Assembly: GCF_009914755.1 (NCBI RefSeq)
Contig: NC_060936.1
Source of the DNA: the human T2T-CHM13v2.0 reference genome, Homo sapiens
Strand: one strand, 5' to 3'
DNA: 64,000 bases
This document shows positions 36,815-50,849 of the stretch, in pieces. A program made the translations under genes and the position numbers. How positions within the stretch are numbered: position 1 is the first letter of the stretch; every line of letters starts with the position of its first letter. The notes under the pieces were generated by a model, which worked only from the letters and a program-made list of their open reading frames with translations, did no database searches and was not told where the DNA came from.

Positions 36815-36958
36815 CTCAAGAACTTCATGAAAAACTATGATGGGGTAGCTGCTGCTTCTTTCTCACGAGCTGTGGAAACTGTCGAAGCCAATGTGCGCTG
36901 GAAAATGCTTTACCAAGACGAGCTTTTCCAATGGTTAGGAAAAGCTCTAAGACACTAA
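36815..36958 (+). CDS. TRHDE: TRHDE last exon, coding part to TAA stop
   Basis: Acceptor atttctctttccag|CTC. Translates LKNFMKNYDGVAAASFSRAVETVEANVRWKMLYQDELFQWLGKALRH*, contained in ORF-track entry 36716..36958. Confidence 0.96.
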   Translation, partial: LKNFMKNYDGVAAASFSRAVETVEANVRWKMLYQDELFQWLGKALRH

Positions 36959-39334
36959 TATATGTATCTTATAAACAAACAATTCAACTCAGAAGTTTAT
37001 GAGAAGACACGCTTTTTGTGGAATGAGGAAAATGTACTACCTAGAAAATGGCCAGATTTTCAGTGTTAACGTGTGGGAGGAATTTTTTTTTTAGTTTTTA
37101 TTTTTTGGTTTTGGGGGATATTTTTTATTTGTTTCATTCATTCTGTTCTGTTTCTCTACTGGGTGTTCCTCTCTAAAGAAACTCTTGCAAGTGAAACTAG
37201 CCATGATTGCTTCAGCTGTACATTCCTTGCTGTACAGGACCAAATATGATAGTGATGCATGTTGATGTTACAGTCAATTTGGAAAAACATATTCAGAATA
37301 TCTGTGCATGGATATATTGTCCTGCCTGTGTTCCAGCATGCTTATTTCAAACGTCCAGTGTTGTGTGTGAATATGTGTTACACCTAGGATGGGCATTATG
37401 CAAAAGCACAAAGATTATATATGACAATCAGTATTGCAATGAAAGAAAAACTAAAAACAGAAATGATATTCTCAATTTTGGGCAATGTGAGAGGTAAAAT
37501 AGCCCTTGACATGATGAACATCACTTATTTCAGCACTTGGATTGTCTGGCAATGATTACTGTGTTGCTAACTCATTTTCTTTGAGTTAAAGCTGTGTATA
37601 CATTTTAAAAGGCATATAGATAGTGTATGCATATGTATATGTACATAGGGAAGCCCCATATGTATATAGTATGTTGTACACTGCACATGTACAAAGAATG
37701 TCTTCAGATCAAAGAAAATTTATCTCTTTTTATAAACTTAAGGACAGTTGCAAAAGGCTTCAAGGAATTTATCTCAACATTATTCTTTCTATGTCCTAAC
37801 TAAATTTCTCAACTGTTATGAATTTTTCATCTACTTCTTGAACAGTGGTCTATTCTGCTACATGAAGATGAATACAAACAAAATTTTTGTATAAACTACT
37901 ATTCCAGTTCTCCTGTGTCAGTCTTGCCTATAGATTTTGCCATCGTTTTCTGTCAAAGTTCCTTTTGCATGAAACAATTATGCAAACTTATAATTATTAG
38001 TGCTGAAAAAGAGTTTATTTTCCATCTTGTTTGTTTTCCTACCTTATGCTGAGTAGTCCAGAGAGTTAAAAAAATTCTCTGCATGTTGGTCTTTTAAGTC
38101 TGTTTTGCTCTAATCCTCCATTAAGCGAGCATACCTCAAGTGGGTCTATTAGCATTTAATGACCTTTTATGCCAGTTGTGCCATCCCTTAAGATGAAAAG
38201 TTCCTTTTCTTGTGTTAATGTACAAAGCTTTTCTTTTGGCACTGACAACTGTGTTCTACCTGGGAATTTTGAATAGCCATTTTCATGGCTGTGTGTTGTG
38301 TAACACAAATGTTTTTAAATGGTATTCTCACCCAGTAGGCCAGCTCTCCAAACGTTGCTTAGATGCTTCAAAATTAGCATATTTTAAGTTTACCAGTATA
38401 AAATACCAATGCAACTACTCTACATAGCCAAATGTTTGTAAATCACGTCTTATTTTCCTGAGGTTTTTCACTCCACCAAATCTTACAAATCATTGAAAGA
38501 AATATATTCTAACAGTACGCACTGAATAGTGAAAATAATTAGACATTTTAAGAACCAGAGCCATAGAATTATTTTAAATTAGTAGAAAAGAGGAGCTATT
38601 TCCGAATCTATAGAATAAAGTACCACCTAAAACTGAATTTTATCATATAAGCAAGTAATACCTATTAGTCATACCTAAATTTTTCAGCACTTCATTCAAT
38701 TAAAATACATGAATTTTAAATATTTTACATGATGTGAATAGGCATGATAATACTTTTAGTATAAAATCTAAACTTTTTCCATTTATCAGAAATGATAAAA
38801 TCCAGTTACCACATATCACGTTTATAAAATCCTTAATTAAATGAGTAACTTCTAAAATATAACAATACTAAATATCACACTGCGATGGAGGTCCCAAATA
38901 TGTGGTCTATCACCACTGAATTCATGTAATAGATAAGAAAAAAATTAGAGGTGGATGTCTTGTTTTGTGTCATGAATTACTAAAATCTCTTAGTAGTTGT
39001 GGTATATTTTTGAGTAAAATTACCATTTCCAGATTTGAGTTTGAAGGGCTTTTATAGTTGTATTTTCCTCCTCACTGTTAATAATCATAATCCTTTTTCA
39101 GTATTTTAGTGGCCTTGAACAACTGGTTTATCTACAATCTCAAATCCTAAGTGTATAATTATGTGCAATGTTCAATACCTCATATAATACTTGCTCAACA
39201 GTATAGTGGTACCAATGGCATTAAGATGGTGTTTTTGTTCTACATATTTTTCAATAATTTATTCTTTCTAATGTTGAAATTATATCAGGCTTTACCGGTT
39301 TTTTTAGTTGTTTAAATAAGTAATATTTTCAAAA

Positions 39335-39430
39335 GAATAAAATAACCAATGATATCTCTTGGAATAATCTGTAAAACGTAGTTATAAAATTCTATTTTCT
39401 ACTTAGAGTTTTTATCTTTTCTTTTTTGTC
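39335..39430 (+). terminator. Proximal polyadenylation region
   Basis: AATAAA at 39335-39340 and TATAAA variant at 39383-39388, followed after about 39405 by a U/GU-rich downstream element (gtttttatcttttcttttttgtc). Confidence 0.55.
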
Positions 39431-40029
39431 GGCTTTACAAATTATATGTATGCATGAAATAACTAACTGTTGAAAGTGTCCAACCTCCAGCCATAGCAAT
39501 TTGCTGTGCCAATATGTGTACAAAAAAGTAGTTTCAATTAGAAAGGACAACATTATTTATCACATTGAGTATTAAACATTTCCAGGTAACTCGTAAATAA
39601 AAAGATTTCCCCATTTTTACACATTTTTTCTTAAAATTTTTCTATAATCTTTGAAGTTTCTAAAATACACAATCTCAACCTCTAAGACTAACATCTACAA
39701 TACTAGGTCTATTCTTGAGTTTCAATAACATGTATTTTAGTTGGGTCATAAACTTGCATTATTTTATATTATCTCCAGGACAATTATATCATAGGACTAA
39801 GATTTTTGTGATAGTATTATTTACAAATATTATAAGTATAATATCTTGTGAGGCTATTATTAAGGTTATGCCATGTATTGATAAAATGCATTGCTTTCTC
39901 AAAGAACTGTTACACATTTTGTTTTATTTGACTCATCACAAAAACATAATAAATGTTGTGAGCCCTAATATTCTGATGAGAAAACTGGGGCTCAGGTAGC
40001 AACATGAGCTATTTAAAACTACAAAATAG

Positions 40030-40327
40030 GGCTGGGCACAGTGGCTCATGCCTGTAATCCCAGCACTTTGGGAGGCTGAGGGTGGGAGGATCACTTGAGC
40101 CCAGGGGTTTGAGACCAGTCTGGGAAACATATTGAGGCCCCATTTCTATAAAAATAAAAATGAAAACTAGCCAGGCATGGTGGTGTGCACCTGTTGTCCC
40201 AGCTACTGGGGAGGCTGAGGTGGGAGAATTATTTAAGTCCAAAAGTTCAGTGCTCTAGTGAGCTATGATCACTGTACTCCAGCCTGGGTGACAGAGTGAG
40301 ATCCTGTCTCTAAAAAAATAAAATAAA
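40030..40327 (+). mobile_element. AluJ in the extended 3' UTR
   Basis: GGCTGGGCACAGTGGCTCATGCCTGTAATCCCAGC...A-rich tail. Confidence 0.9.
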
Positions 40328-42394
40328 ATCACAATGTTTGTTGTTATTTTGGGAACCAATATAATAACCTAAGTCTATCACAACATCATTCCCCAACTAA
40401 AATATAAATATATGTTGAAAATATCTCTATCGATTGCATTAATTGGAGATTTTCCAAATACTAGACCAGCATCAAAATACACAGTTAAATATATTTGCAA
40501 TAATTCCATTGTTTGTTAACTTTTGCATTTCTAATTTGCAGGATGTTAAACAACTGGATGAAATGTTATGATTTAATTTGGTCAGTATAAATAATCAAAT
40601 ATTGGGACAAATAATTTAATTCATTTAGTTTATTAATTATATTTCCTGTCTGTATCTTTTATTGAACATTGTTTAAACATAACCTTAAAGTACTGATAAT
40701 TTGCTTAATTTTCAACACAAATTTATCTGACAAATTCTGTCTATAGTAACAGATGGTCAGAATGCAGATAAATTGTGTGCATCTCAATCAGTAAAAATAA
40801 TATTCAGTAAAATGTCTATAAATCTATGCAGATTAAGTTGTGAAAAACAATGCAATTTTAGTACTACTGGATTAGATGCAGTAAAGGAATCCCTAAGGAA
40901 GTTTACAATAATATATTTAATTAAAATCTACTGGCAATTAGAATTTTAAGGAATTCTTTTCTAAGAAGTTGGAGAACCTAAAATAGCTTGCTTATTCGCC
41001 TGGGTACTCTCATGAAGTAACCATGTACACCTAATAAAGAAATAGTAAAAGCACATATAATGAAAAATAATTAAGATTTCTTACACCTGATTTTTTCATT
41101 ATCAGAGATAATTATCAGAGATAATTTTTCATTATCAGAGATCATAGCTGAATTATCATTTGACAATACATAAGAATATATATTGTATAGATACAATATA
41201 TAACTATACTTAAAGAAATATTTATTGAGCATCTTTTATTTCACAAGGCACTTAGTGAGGGAAAGGAATACAGAGATGAATATGGCCTGAAGGAATGAAC
41301 TCATATTACAATAAATGAAAAAGAAAAAGAAATAATGAACCAAGGGAATGAGGGCAACAGGAAAAATAATTCCTTGCTACAGACGGGAAGTCAATCATTT
41401 TTAGGTATACATAATATTATACAACTATTTTTGTACACTAGTTCTCAAAACATTTATGATACCTAGTATAATTTTTATTGTTTGATTTCCTAGTGCTTAC
41501 TTGTGTTTTACAGAAATATGTTACATTTTGAAATTATAATAAAATAATAGAGTTTAAACTCTAATAATTGGAATATAAATTGGGATGGAATTTATCCTTA
41601 AGAAAAGCTGTTTAAACAATTTAGTAGTATTAGTAAGTTGCAGGAATACTTTAATCTACTTACGAAAAAGTAGTTCAAGTTTTCTAAAATGGTTTCAGCA
41701 TACTATCGGTATCTCACAATGTGTTAATTTTAAGTTAATTATATATTCTTTAAAGCAGATTAAATAATACTTGTCCTAAGCATAATTTATTTGTTGAAAT
41801 TAGTATATGTGAACTTATGAAAAAATGTTCTTGTAAATTATTCTAGAATCCCAAATTTTAATTATATAAGAACAACCTTTTGTTCAATTGCTTTGAACTA
41901 ATGATGAAGTTTTTTAAAATATTAAGTATTTTATTTAATGTGATATAGATTCAGGAAAAGTCTAACAAAAATGTACTTCAGTAGTTTTATTTTTATTTTG
42001 TGAAATTTTATTTTAAAGTTTAGGTAAGGAAAGTTTTTAAACTGTCTTAAATATTTAATAAAAGCAGTTGTTAAAAATATATGTTCTAATGTTAACTATA
42101 TGACATATATGCCATTGCATGCATTTTGTTTTTTAAATAGGTTTTTCACCACTGGCCCCACTAGTAGATGATTTTACCCCAGATTTTGAAAACATACCAC
42201 TTTAATGGCCTTTATTTCAAATACTTCATACTTTAGGGATAGTATTTTGAAGATGTTTATCTTTTGTACATTCCTAGTTCATTTATTAATGTACTAAGAA
42301 AAAGAAAACAAAATGACTGATTCTTTTGTTTTGAATTAAATGTTTGTGCTGTATTAATGTTAAGTGAGTTAAGATAAAGGGAAGCTACAAAAAT

Positions 42395-42575
42395 TTGAAT
42401 GCCTACTAAATGCTAGGCACTTTATAGGTGTCTTCTAATATATGTCTATTGGTATCACATCAATTAATAACCCTGTGAAATGTCATTAGCTCTAATTCAC
42501 CAAAGAGTAGATGGAGGCAGAGTTGTTATCAGTTTACATAATTAATTAGTGGTATTCACTTGGATTCAAAACTCT
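42395..42575 (-). mobile_element. MIR
   Basis: TTGAATGCCTACTAAATGCTAGGCAC...AACCCTGTGA...GGATTCAAA. Confidence 0.55.
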
Positions 42576-44501
42576 GCAAACTGAAGCCTTATATAGCTCA
42601 AACTAGTCATTAATCTGCCCTCAGCATGTATGAAAACATAATGTTTATCCGTACAGACCATTCTCTATAGCAGATTTGAATAGGTACTTAGCACACTTTA
42701 TCATTGTCACTGGCTCTTTCGAAAGAAGTATTAATTTGTGCATTCTGGTTTACCATTCATTTCTTAACAAAGTTGCTTTATACGTTCCATAAAAAGTTTT
42801 CATGAAAACATTTTACATTAGCATGTTGTGTAGTGGGTTTTAAGTTATAACAGGTAATTAACAGATATTTCGGCCAACGAGACACACACACACATGAAAA
42901 AAATAAGTGAAAAGACAGAATAAATTGCAAAGGTTTTACGAGTGGACCACAAAGTTAAGGTTAAACTTCTGTCTTTGCATGTGGAGGAGACATATTAGTC
43001 TAGCCAGAACTTTCCTTTTGCTTAGCAGTGAGGTCAGAGAAGTATCTCTGTCATTCTGCTTAGAAGTATACATGGACTGCAATTGCTTAATTTACTTAAA
43101 CTTAACATTTTCAATGGGTTTGCTGTGTGAAGATACAGTCTAAGATAAGTGCTTTGACTTGCCTCTGCAGAGGTCAACTTATTTCTCATCACACACATTT
43201 TTCTTATGTCATATAAGTAAAGGAAAGAGTGAAACGTTTTATAGAAAATATTACAGTGGAGTTAAGAACATCTGCCTCAAATGTACAGTGCATTTACTTT
43301 TTAAGTTAATCATTTAGTAGCTACCCTTTTAACCTCTACTATGTTCACAGTATTGCATTTGCTCTTGTAAACAATTTTGTTCCCACCTTTACATAGCGTA
43401 TGACCTACTCAGTGAGAACATTCATTATTAAGTTTTTGCTATTAATTTTCATTTAAAATAGGTTTATTAACTAGCAAATCTCAAATGCAAAACATTTTTG
43501 AGTGAATTTTTCCTCAAATGTTGTATTCTACCTTTCAAAATATTGTGTAACAGCAATTCCACATTATCCTTTTGAATGCTACCTATATATTGCCACATAT
43601 AAAGATATTTTTCATTTTTCATTTTTCATTGCTATCTTTTAATCCCTTTGCATTTTGATAATATCGAAAACAGATTAGGGCTGAAAAACTAAAAAAGATT
43701 AGGGCTTGTATTATGCATTGTCTAGTTACTTGAACAATAAGAGAAATTCTATCTTTGAGCTTTCATAATTGGCTTTCTGGACACCACTGAGTTTATTAGA
43801 TAATCTTTAAAAATATTATGAACTATTTTGAGTGGACCTAAATTTATTCAGTAATAAAGTTTACTTTCCTAAATCCATTCCCCAAGTGAACAGGCTTATT
43901 TAAAATATGTCATATAAAAGCACTTTTCCTTTCTAACATTTTATGATTTAGGAATTAAAAAGTAGCTGTTCTTTCAGTAAATAAGTGTTAATAAAGCAGT
44001 GACCAAATAAATAACCTTTTGTTAGTTTAGCAGATAAATGTTTTCAATGTATGCCTTTAAAATTATTCAGTAAAAATTGAATTAGTACGTATTCAACATG
44101 AAATTTTTAGTCTTTTCTGACCAAGCACTAATAAAATTGATTTCCCTAAATGAGAAAATTTGTCTTCTGTATTTTAAGCAGAAAAAATATGAATTCTGCC
44201 TCTGATAATCAAATTTTGTACAGCAATGTGTAATGTGTCACAATTTAAAAAGTTTTAATTTTCTGACATGCAGATAAGGCCAAAATAAATAATACCATCT
44301 GTTTTTTTCACTTGAAAATACATTTTTAAAATTTTGAGTATATATATTATAGAGGTCCATGCAAATGGAAAAAAATTATTCTCTTCTGACATGGACTTTT
44401 TCATGACTATACACATGCTGAGGCTAGAATAAAAACATATATTTGTGCTATATTGTAAAAATAAAAACAATTTGTTCTCCTTTCTAATTATATGCCTTTA
44501 G

Positions 44502-44525
44502 AATAAATGAAATGATCTGCACTTT
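44502..44525 (+). terminator. Candidate distal polyadenylation signal
   Basis: AATAAA at 44502-44507, with more AATAAA hexamers near 44428 and 44460, and a CA about 13 nt downstream. Confidence 0.45.
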
Positions 44526-44894
44526 GGTAAAAAGTGATTTCACCTGAAATGCATTTCAGATTGCTTTTTAACAGGTTTTCTGCATTCAACAGACTGTCAG
44601 GCTCTGAATTTCAAGAACAGTTTTCAATAACAACAGGGCTATAAAATATATATAATCATGATTCGTAAGTAGTACTCAAAATATATTTTCAATGTCTCTG
44701 GGTTTTTCTGTTTCTAAGGATTAGGCAGAAAACATTAGAATTTGACTTTGCGGAGCCACTCATTTTAGCTTTTCCCATAATACTTTATACAGCCATAGAT
44801 AATCCTCCTCTGGTCCGTGAACATGAGGGTAAGAAATAGAATGCCTTCCAAGCCAGAGCAAAGAATATTTCTATTAAAGGATATAGACAGTGTC

Positions 44895-44895
<1 letters not shown>

Positions 44896-44928
<33 letters not shown>
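44896..44928 (+). repeat. (TG)16 microsatellite followed by a TA-rich low-complexity tract
   Basis: Directly visible. Confidence 0.95.
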
Positions 44929-44931
<3 letters not shown>

Positions 44932-45404
44932 TATGTATTTATATCTCTCCAGTAGTGTCTACATTACATATACATGTATAACATGTATACATATATTTAT
45001 GTATAACTATATATAATAAAATATCCATATACTATGTATATACATAGTCTTATATACATACATTATATATACATATGTGTATATATCCCCAACAGCACAT
45101 ACATATATATATTATTTATTTCCCCGTCCAAGTGGTAATTGTGCTGCAGAAAAATCACATAAGTCAGAAAATGGCTATTGCAAAATATCAGTTGGGTACC
45201 ATCTTAACTTGGAAACCTGTCAAATGAAAGGTGAATTATACTGGCATGATAGCAAGGATACTCTCTGAAAACCACGAGGGAGCTTACGGATTCTGGCTCA
45301 GCAGGTGTTGAATAGTATATAATCATCTACATTTTGAACATGGATTGTATGTGATTCTGGCGGAGGCGATCCATCTAGACTGCACTTTAAGAAACATTGG
45401 CTAG

Positions 45405-45575
45405 ATAGAGGGCTTCTCACCCCTGACTTTACATCAGACTCACCCGAATTGTTTTTAAAACCTGATGATGATGCATGGGCTTCACTTCAAACCAACTAAA
45501 GAAGACTCTGGCATGGGGCATTCATTTAAGCATTTTTAAAAACACCTGATTTTAATATATAGCATTCAAGACCCC
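45405..45575. mobile_element. MER5-like DNA transposon remnant
   Basis: CTTCTCACCCCTGACTTTACATCAGACTCACC...CATTTTTAAAAACACC. Confidence 0.45.
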
Positions 45576-45972
45576 TGAGAGGAGGTACCAAATTAAGCAT
45601 AAAATAGCTTGAGGATTAATTACAGAATACTACCGAAAGTACCTATTTCTCAAGAATCTAAGTTCATACTATTACTTGGCATTCTCCACCAAATATGGAA
45701 GTCAAAAATGTGTTCTCAATTAGCTTAATAGTGAAAAGCAAACAAGAAGTTTGGACAACTGACTTTATTACCCTGACATGTCACTGCCACAGTATAAATC
45801 TGAGTGGTCTGGTGCCATCCACGTGGTTGCCTGACCTTTCCTGGTTCTGACTGACTTTCTGCTGTCACCCGCTTTATCTTATTATCCCCTTTCCCCTGTA
45901 GTCCTGTATAAATGAGGGTGAATAATTTCACATCTACTATTATCAACAATAACAAATTTTTAACTTTTATTT

Positions 45973-46030
45973 TGTTTTGCACATGTATCTTGGAACTTAA
46001 AGTAAAATACAAAAAAAAATAAAAAAAAGA
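45973..46030 (+). mobile_element. Tiny 5'-truncated L1PA 3' end with A-tail
   Basis: TGCACATGTATCTTGGAACTTAAAGTAAAATAC followed by an A-rich tail. Confidence 0.75.
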
Positions 46031-48901
46031 AAGGAGGTTCCCATTGGAAGCGTTTTTCATTAAATGACTGTACCTTTACTCTGCTAAATAAAACAATTTT
46101 TTTTTCTGCTGCTCATTTCACAATTGCCTGACATTGGAGATCAGGAATGACATATGTTAAAATTGTTACTCAGAGAGATAAACACACCACAAACTATTAT
46201 TATACACTATTGTCATCTGAAATGTTACTCCTTTTCCAGTTGTCTTTTGTTGTTGTTGTTATTGTTGTTGTTTTTACTTTATTCTCCTTTCTCTTTTTCT
46301 CTCATGTGACCTGCCAGCTGAGCATTGAGCCTTTTCAGCAACAGACACTGTATTTTTACTTGACATTGCAAAAAGAATTTTTAAGCTGCTTCTATATCTA
46401 TGTGCATAATAGAAAGTGACATGTGTTCCTGGGATTGTCAAACAAGACCCAAAGGGCATCTGGATACATTGAAACTGCTTGGTTGTACTTTTGAGTCTTT
46501 GTGCTCATTCGTCAGTCCTTTAGTTCTGGCTTCCCTTGGGTTGTTAAAATTTGCTTTTCTTTCCTAAAGTCTCTAGCTAATTAGAGATTTCAGCATACAA
46601 ACTAATCCTTTTTTTTTTTTTTTTCAATAAAAGGAGAACTGGAAATATTGTCACCTCTTGAGCATTTTAGCAGGCTGGTAGAGGAAAGGGTGAATTATTT
46701 AATTGGATAACTCTTGAGCCATATCTGACAAAAAAAATAAACTCTCATCCTCCTGTCCTCCTTTTGTTATTTTTTTTTCATTCTCCATCCTTCACCCCTT
46801 GTAATTGTTTTTATAGGATTTAGTATTGTACCTATTTTTATGCAGAAAGGAAATTTTTCTGTAGAGTAAGACCTTCCAATTTAGTAGCTTCTTATTAAGT
46901 TATAAGAATTCTTAGGATGAATAACTTTACTGAGACATCTGTGACAAATTTAGGTCTACCCAAGAACTCCAACAACTGCCTGCTGGGAAAAGAAAAAGAG
47001 GGAAATGCTTAATGAGCAAAGATCTATGTAAAAGTCCTAAAGCTAAATCTTAATAGGAAAGGCTTTATTTCAACCACTTGGAGGCATACATGAAAATTTA
47101 GCACAAAATAAGGGATTGGAAAATAGGCTTACCATATTGATGACAGTGGTGGACTTTAGCAGACAGAGAATATGCAAAGATGCAACAGGTATGCAAATAA
47201 CTCCAGGCAGTTTCAGCATGTCACGAATATATTTTATAGGCAATAGTTACTCTGGTTCTTGGTTAATCCAAATATTTTCCAGTGAATTTATTTGAGAAAA
47301 ATAATTGAGTGAAATAAATGTAATGTTTCAGATTAAGCACAAGTTCTAAAGTAAATATTAATTTCAATCCTTCAATCTTATTCACATCGCCTATGAAGCG
47401 CAAAAGCTGGCTAGTGTTTATGAGGTGTTTAAGTGTGTATGTATGTGTGTATGTTTCAGATGGAAGAGGAGGGAGAATAAGAAAACGTTAAGAACAAATG
47501 ACACAACTTTTGACCAAGCATATTTTCACATAAAATTGAAATTAAAGTCCCATGTTACACGTTGATATATTTTTCAATCTTTTAGAATTAGTTTCTTCAA
47601 TTTGCTCGTTTGAAAATCCTCATATTCTTACATATGAAAATATACCTGGTGAGTTGGAGGAGAAATTTAGACTGAAGTGTAATATTATTATTTTTGGTTC
47701 AATAGAAAGTGACATGAGTTTCTAAAACTGTCAAACAAGATTCGGTAGTTATCTGGGTACGTAGAAACTGGGTGTTCTCTTGAGAGCAGAAGGAAAAAGC
47801 AAAATCTAGCTTTGGAGAAATGAAACTGAAGAACTCATGTTGACCTTTCTGGTTAGTAACAAAACAGGAAACCTAAAGCGAGAGGTGATATATGAACATC
47901 TCTTTGTTCTGCCACAAATTCTTTTTAAAATAGAGGTCCCCATGTGTTAAGTTTCTAGTCACTCTCAATACTTGGATCAAATGAGTGAAAGCAAATACTT
48001 TGCCTGAATTTCACGCACAAAAATCTCATTTGCTTTGACTATAGATGCTTTCCTTGCTTACTATAATACTCATCCTCACTTGAGATATTTGGTTTTGTAA
48101 TACAGCCCTAGTATAATTAGCCACACTGCAAAGATAAAGCAAAATATCATTTGGCATACCCTAGTTTCTATACTTCTAGTAACATCTAAATTTGCAGTTT
48201 ACTTATAAAGACGAGTTTGATCTACATAGCTCTTGGCTCAATTAAAGATCCAAAGTTTGAATATTGTTAAGCCAACTCTCAGTTAAATGTTGGCTGTTTT
48301 TTACACACAAGACAAAAAATTAATATTTTTTTCTTGCTGAATGTTGTTGTGTGAGAATTTGGGGATCTCGATAATGTTATTCCTTGTAACAATTTCTCTT
48401 TGTACATGTAAGTAGCATGTCACCTTTGTCCTCATTTAAATAATGACATGAGATTGTCATGGGATTTTTTTCCCCCCAGATGTCATTGAGCCAGTAGATC
48501 TGATACCTGCCATTGGTTCCTCAGTTGGTTATTTGTGTAGATCCAGTGGTTAGGCTATGTTTACATGGTACCATATGTTGTTTGGGGACAACTTCTCTGT
48601 GCTCACAGACTATCCACTGCCTTCTTTAGGGTTTAATAAAGGAGCTAAAATAACATGGTAACAGAACCCTACACTTGTACATTTCTAATCACTTTCTTTT
48701 AGCTACCTGAAAAACAGAAATGGCAGCTAACAATACACCATATAGCCAAAAAATGGTTTTACTCTAATATCTTGCCAAAACTTTTTGAAGGAGGGAAGGG
48801 ATTTTTCTTTCTCAAAATTCCCAAATACATCTGACTAAAACCAACTGGAAATCTTATAATCTAAATTAGACATTCATTTATTCATACTCAAAGATAATTT
48901 G

Positions 48902-48982
48902 TTTTTTTTTTTTTTTGAGACTGAGTCTCACTCTGTCACCCAGGCTGGAGTGCAGTGGTGTGATAAAGCTAATTTTTTGTAT
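48902..48982 (-). mobile_element. Short, internally deleted Alu fragment
   Basis: T15-GAGACTGAGTCTCACTCTGTCACCCAGGCTGGAGTGCAGTGG joined directly to GCTAATTTTTTGTAT. Confidence 0.8.
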
Positions 48983-50849
48983 CAATTTAACTGTCTCTCC
49001 TCTGAACAGATCTTTTTTTTTTTACGTGTATATAATTCCTTCTGACTATACTATCCATATTTTAAATCGATATGTTTTATCTCCTCGCTAGATTATAAAT
49101 TCTTCAAGGGTAGAGATGGTATTTATTTCCATTTTTGACAGAAACATCAAATATAATAAATTCTCAATCACGTTTTGTTGATTGAGAACAACCTAAGTGC
49201 CAGTATTAAAACAACAACTTTCCAGTATGAGCAAAAACAGCAGAGCAAGAAGACTTTTAAGAATGTAGAGCCACAACCAGAATAAAAAGTGTTGATCATT
49301 TTAAAGCACTGCAAAGCTAAAGCTTTAAAGCTCACACCATCTCTTTAATTTGTTCTAAAATATCACTTTAGAGCAACACTAGTTATCAACTTTGACCCAC
49401 TTGGTGGAGTAAGTAGAAGAAGAGGAGGATAAGTTGCTATTTCATGACATATCTATTAGAGTAATTCATTTATAGTACGGAACCTTTGCCAATGATAAAT
49501 GCATGTTACTGTGGTGCAATTATGAATGTACCTGAGCTTTTCAACAATAAAGCTGCCAAAAGGTTGCAAAATGCACAAGGGAGAGAGAAGCTTTAGTTGA
49601 AAAACTGAACTAACCAAGATAATTTTTAAAAAAATAGTGTCTATGTGGTTTATTCAAAGAGATTTTTGTTCACTGTTAATAGAAATTCTATGATTTTAAA
49701 AAAGCACATTTTCCATTTAATGATCTATCAACTTCACATATATTTGATTTTGCACGTGTGCTGCCTTCCCAAATTATCATCTAGAAAACATTCACAGTAT
49801 CTCCTTTATTGCCACAAAATGTAAATCTATCCAAGAAAATGATGCCATTTATGGATTTCAAATGTCTTGCAAGATTTTGGATTGGACTGGGAAAATTTCA
49901 TTAAGCTTTTATTCTTTGATATTTTAATATAAAACAGAGATCAGGTGGAATTATATAATCTTTACTAACTGCTAATGGTCTAAGCTATAACCACTATGGA
50001 GCTAATAAGTAGTACATTATTGTTGACCTACTGTGTGCTCAAATCTATATAAGATGCAATGCTGACATTAAAGTAATATAAGGCATAGTTTTTAGTCTAA
50101 AATAACTTTTTCTTATTTGCACAAACAGCAGTTACAAATAGAACAGAATACCATATAGGGTATGGTATAGAAAAACATATTTTATATATATATATGTATA
50201 TATGTTTTCTTGTATCCTATTTGATATATGTTCTATAAATTCTTCCAGGTTTATGTATTATATATAACTATATATTATTATGTTAATATATGTATATTCT
50301 ATATTATATATGTATTATATTAATGTTATATTTATTAATATGCTTATATATCATAATATATATAATAGCATACAGGAAAACATACAAAATATATTTTGAG
50401 GTCACTACAGAGAAAAGGGAAAGTTGTGTATGGACTGAATGCTTTAAGAAAGCTTTGTGGAGTAAATGGAGTTGGAGAAAGATTACTAACCATTACCTGT
50501 GGTTTCCATGAAAGGCAAGATAAGAAGCTGTGGGGCGGTGTGGGTAAAAGGGACATGTATGATATTGAAAAAGTTAAATAAGAAGACCTTGAGGATCTCT
50601 CCTCTTTACCATTTTTATCCACCAAAGATAGAGAAAGGCTCTGACTAGCTTTATTTTTTTTTCTGATCTGATGAGAACAAAGTATTTCTATTCTGAGGTT
50701 TACTTTTTAGAATAGTGATTGCCATAAGAAGAATCTAATATAGAGAACAAATGCCTGCTTAAAATGTGAGTGATGGAACTATATGGCAGGAAAGCAAATA
50801 AACAAATACATATATAATCCTTTAATTTTTTTACTTCCTGATTTTTGCA

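Larger units (their letters stand above)
36959..44525 (+). other. TRHDE: TRHDE 3' UTR; short form ends about 39405, extended form about 44520
   Basis: Follows the stop codon and is repeat-poor and AU/GU-rich. Ends are inferred from poly(A) signals and from recollection that TRHDE has a long UTR. Not verified. Confidence 0.6.

Noticed and set aside
28822-40327. Inverted Alu pair (28.8 kb minus, 40.0 kb plus) as a dsRNA or circRNA driver
   Set aside because: About 11 kb apart, both old AluJ, and the flanked terminal exon has no downstream donor for back-splicing.
44544-44559. Perfect 16-bp palindrome CTGAAATGCATTTCAG just past the distal poly(A) signal
   Set aside because: About one such palindrome is expected by chance in 64 kb, and more in AT-rich DNA.
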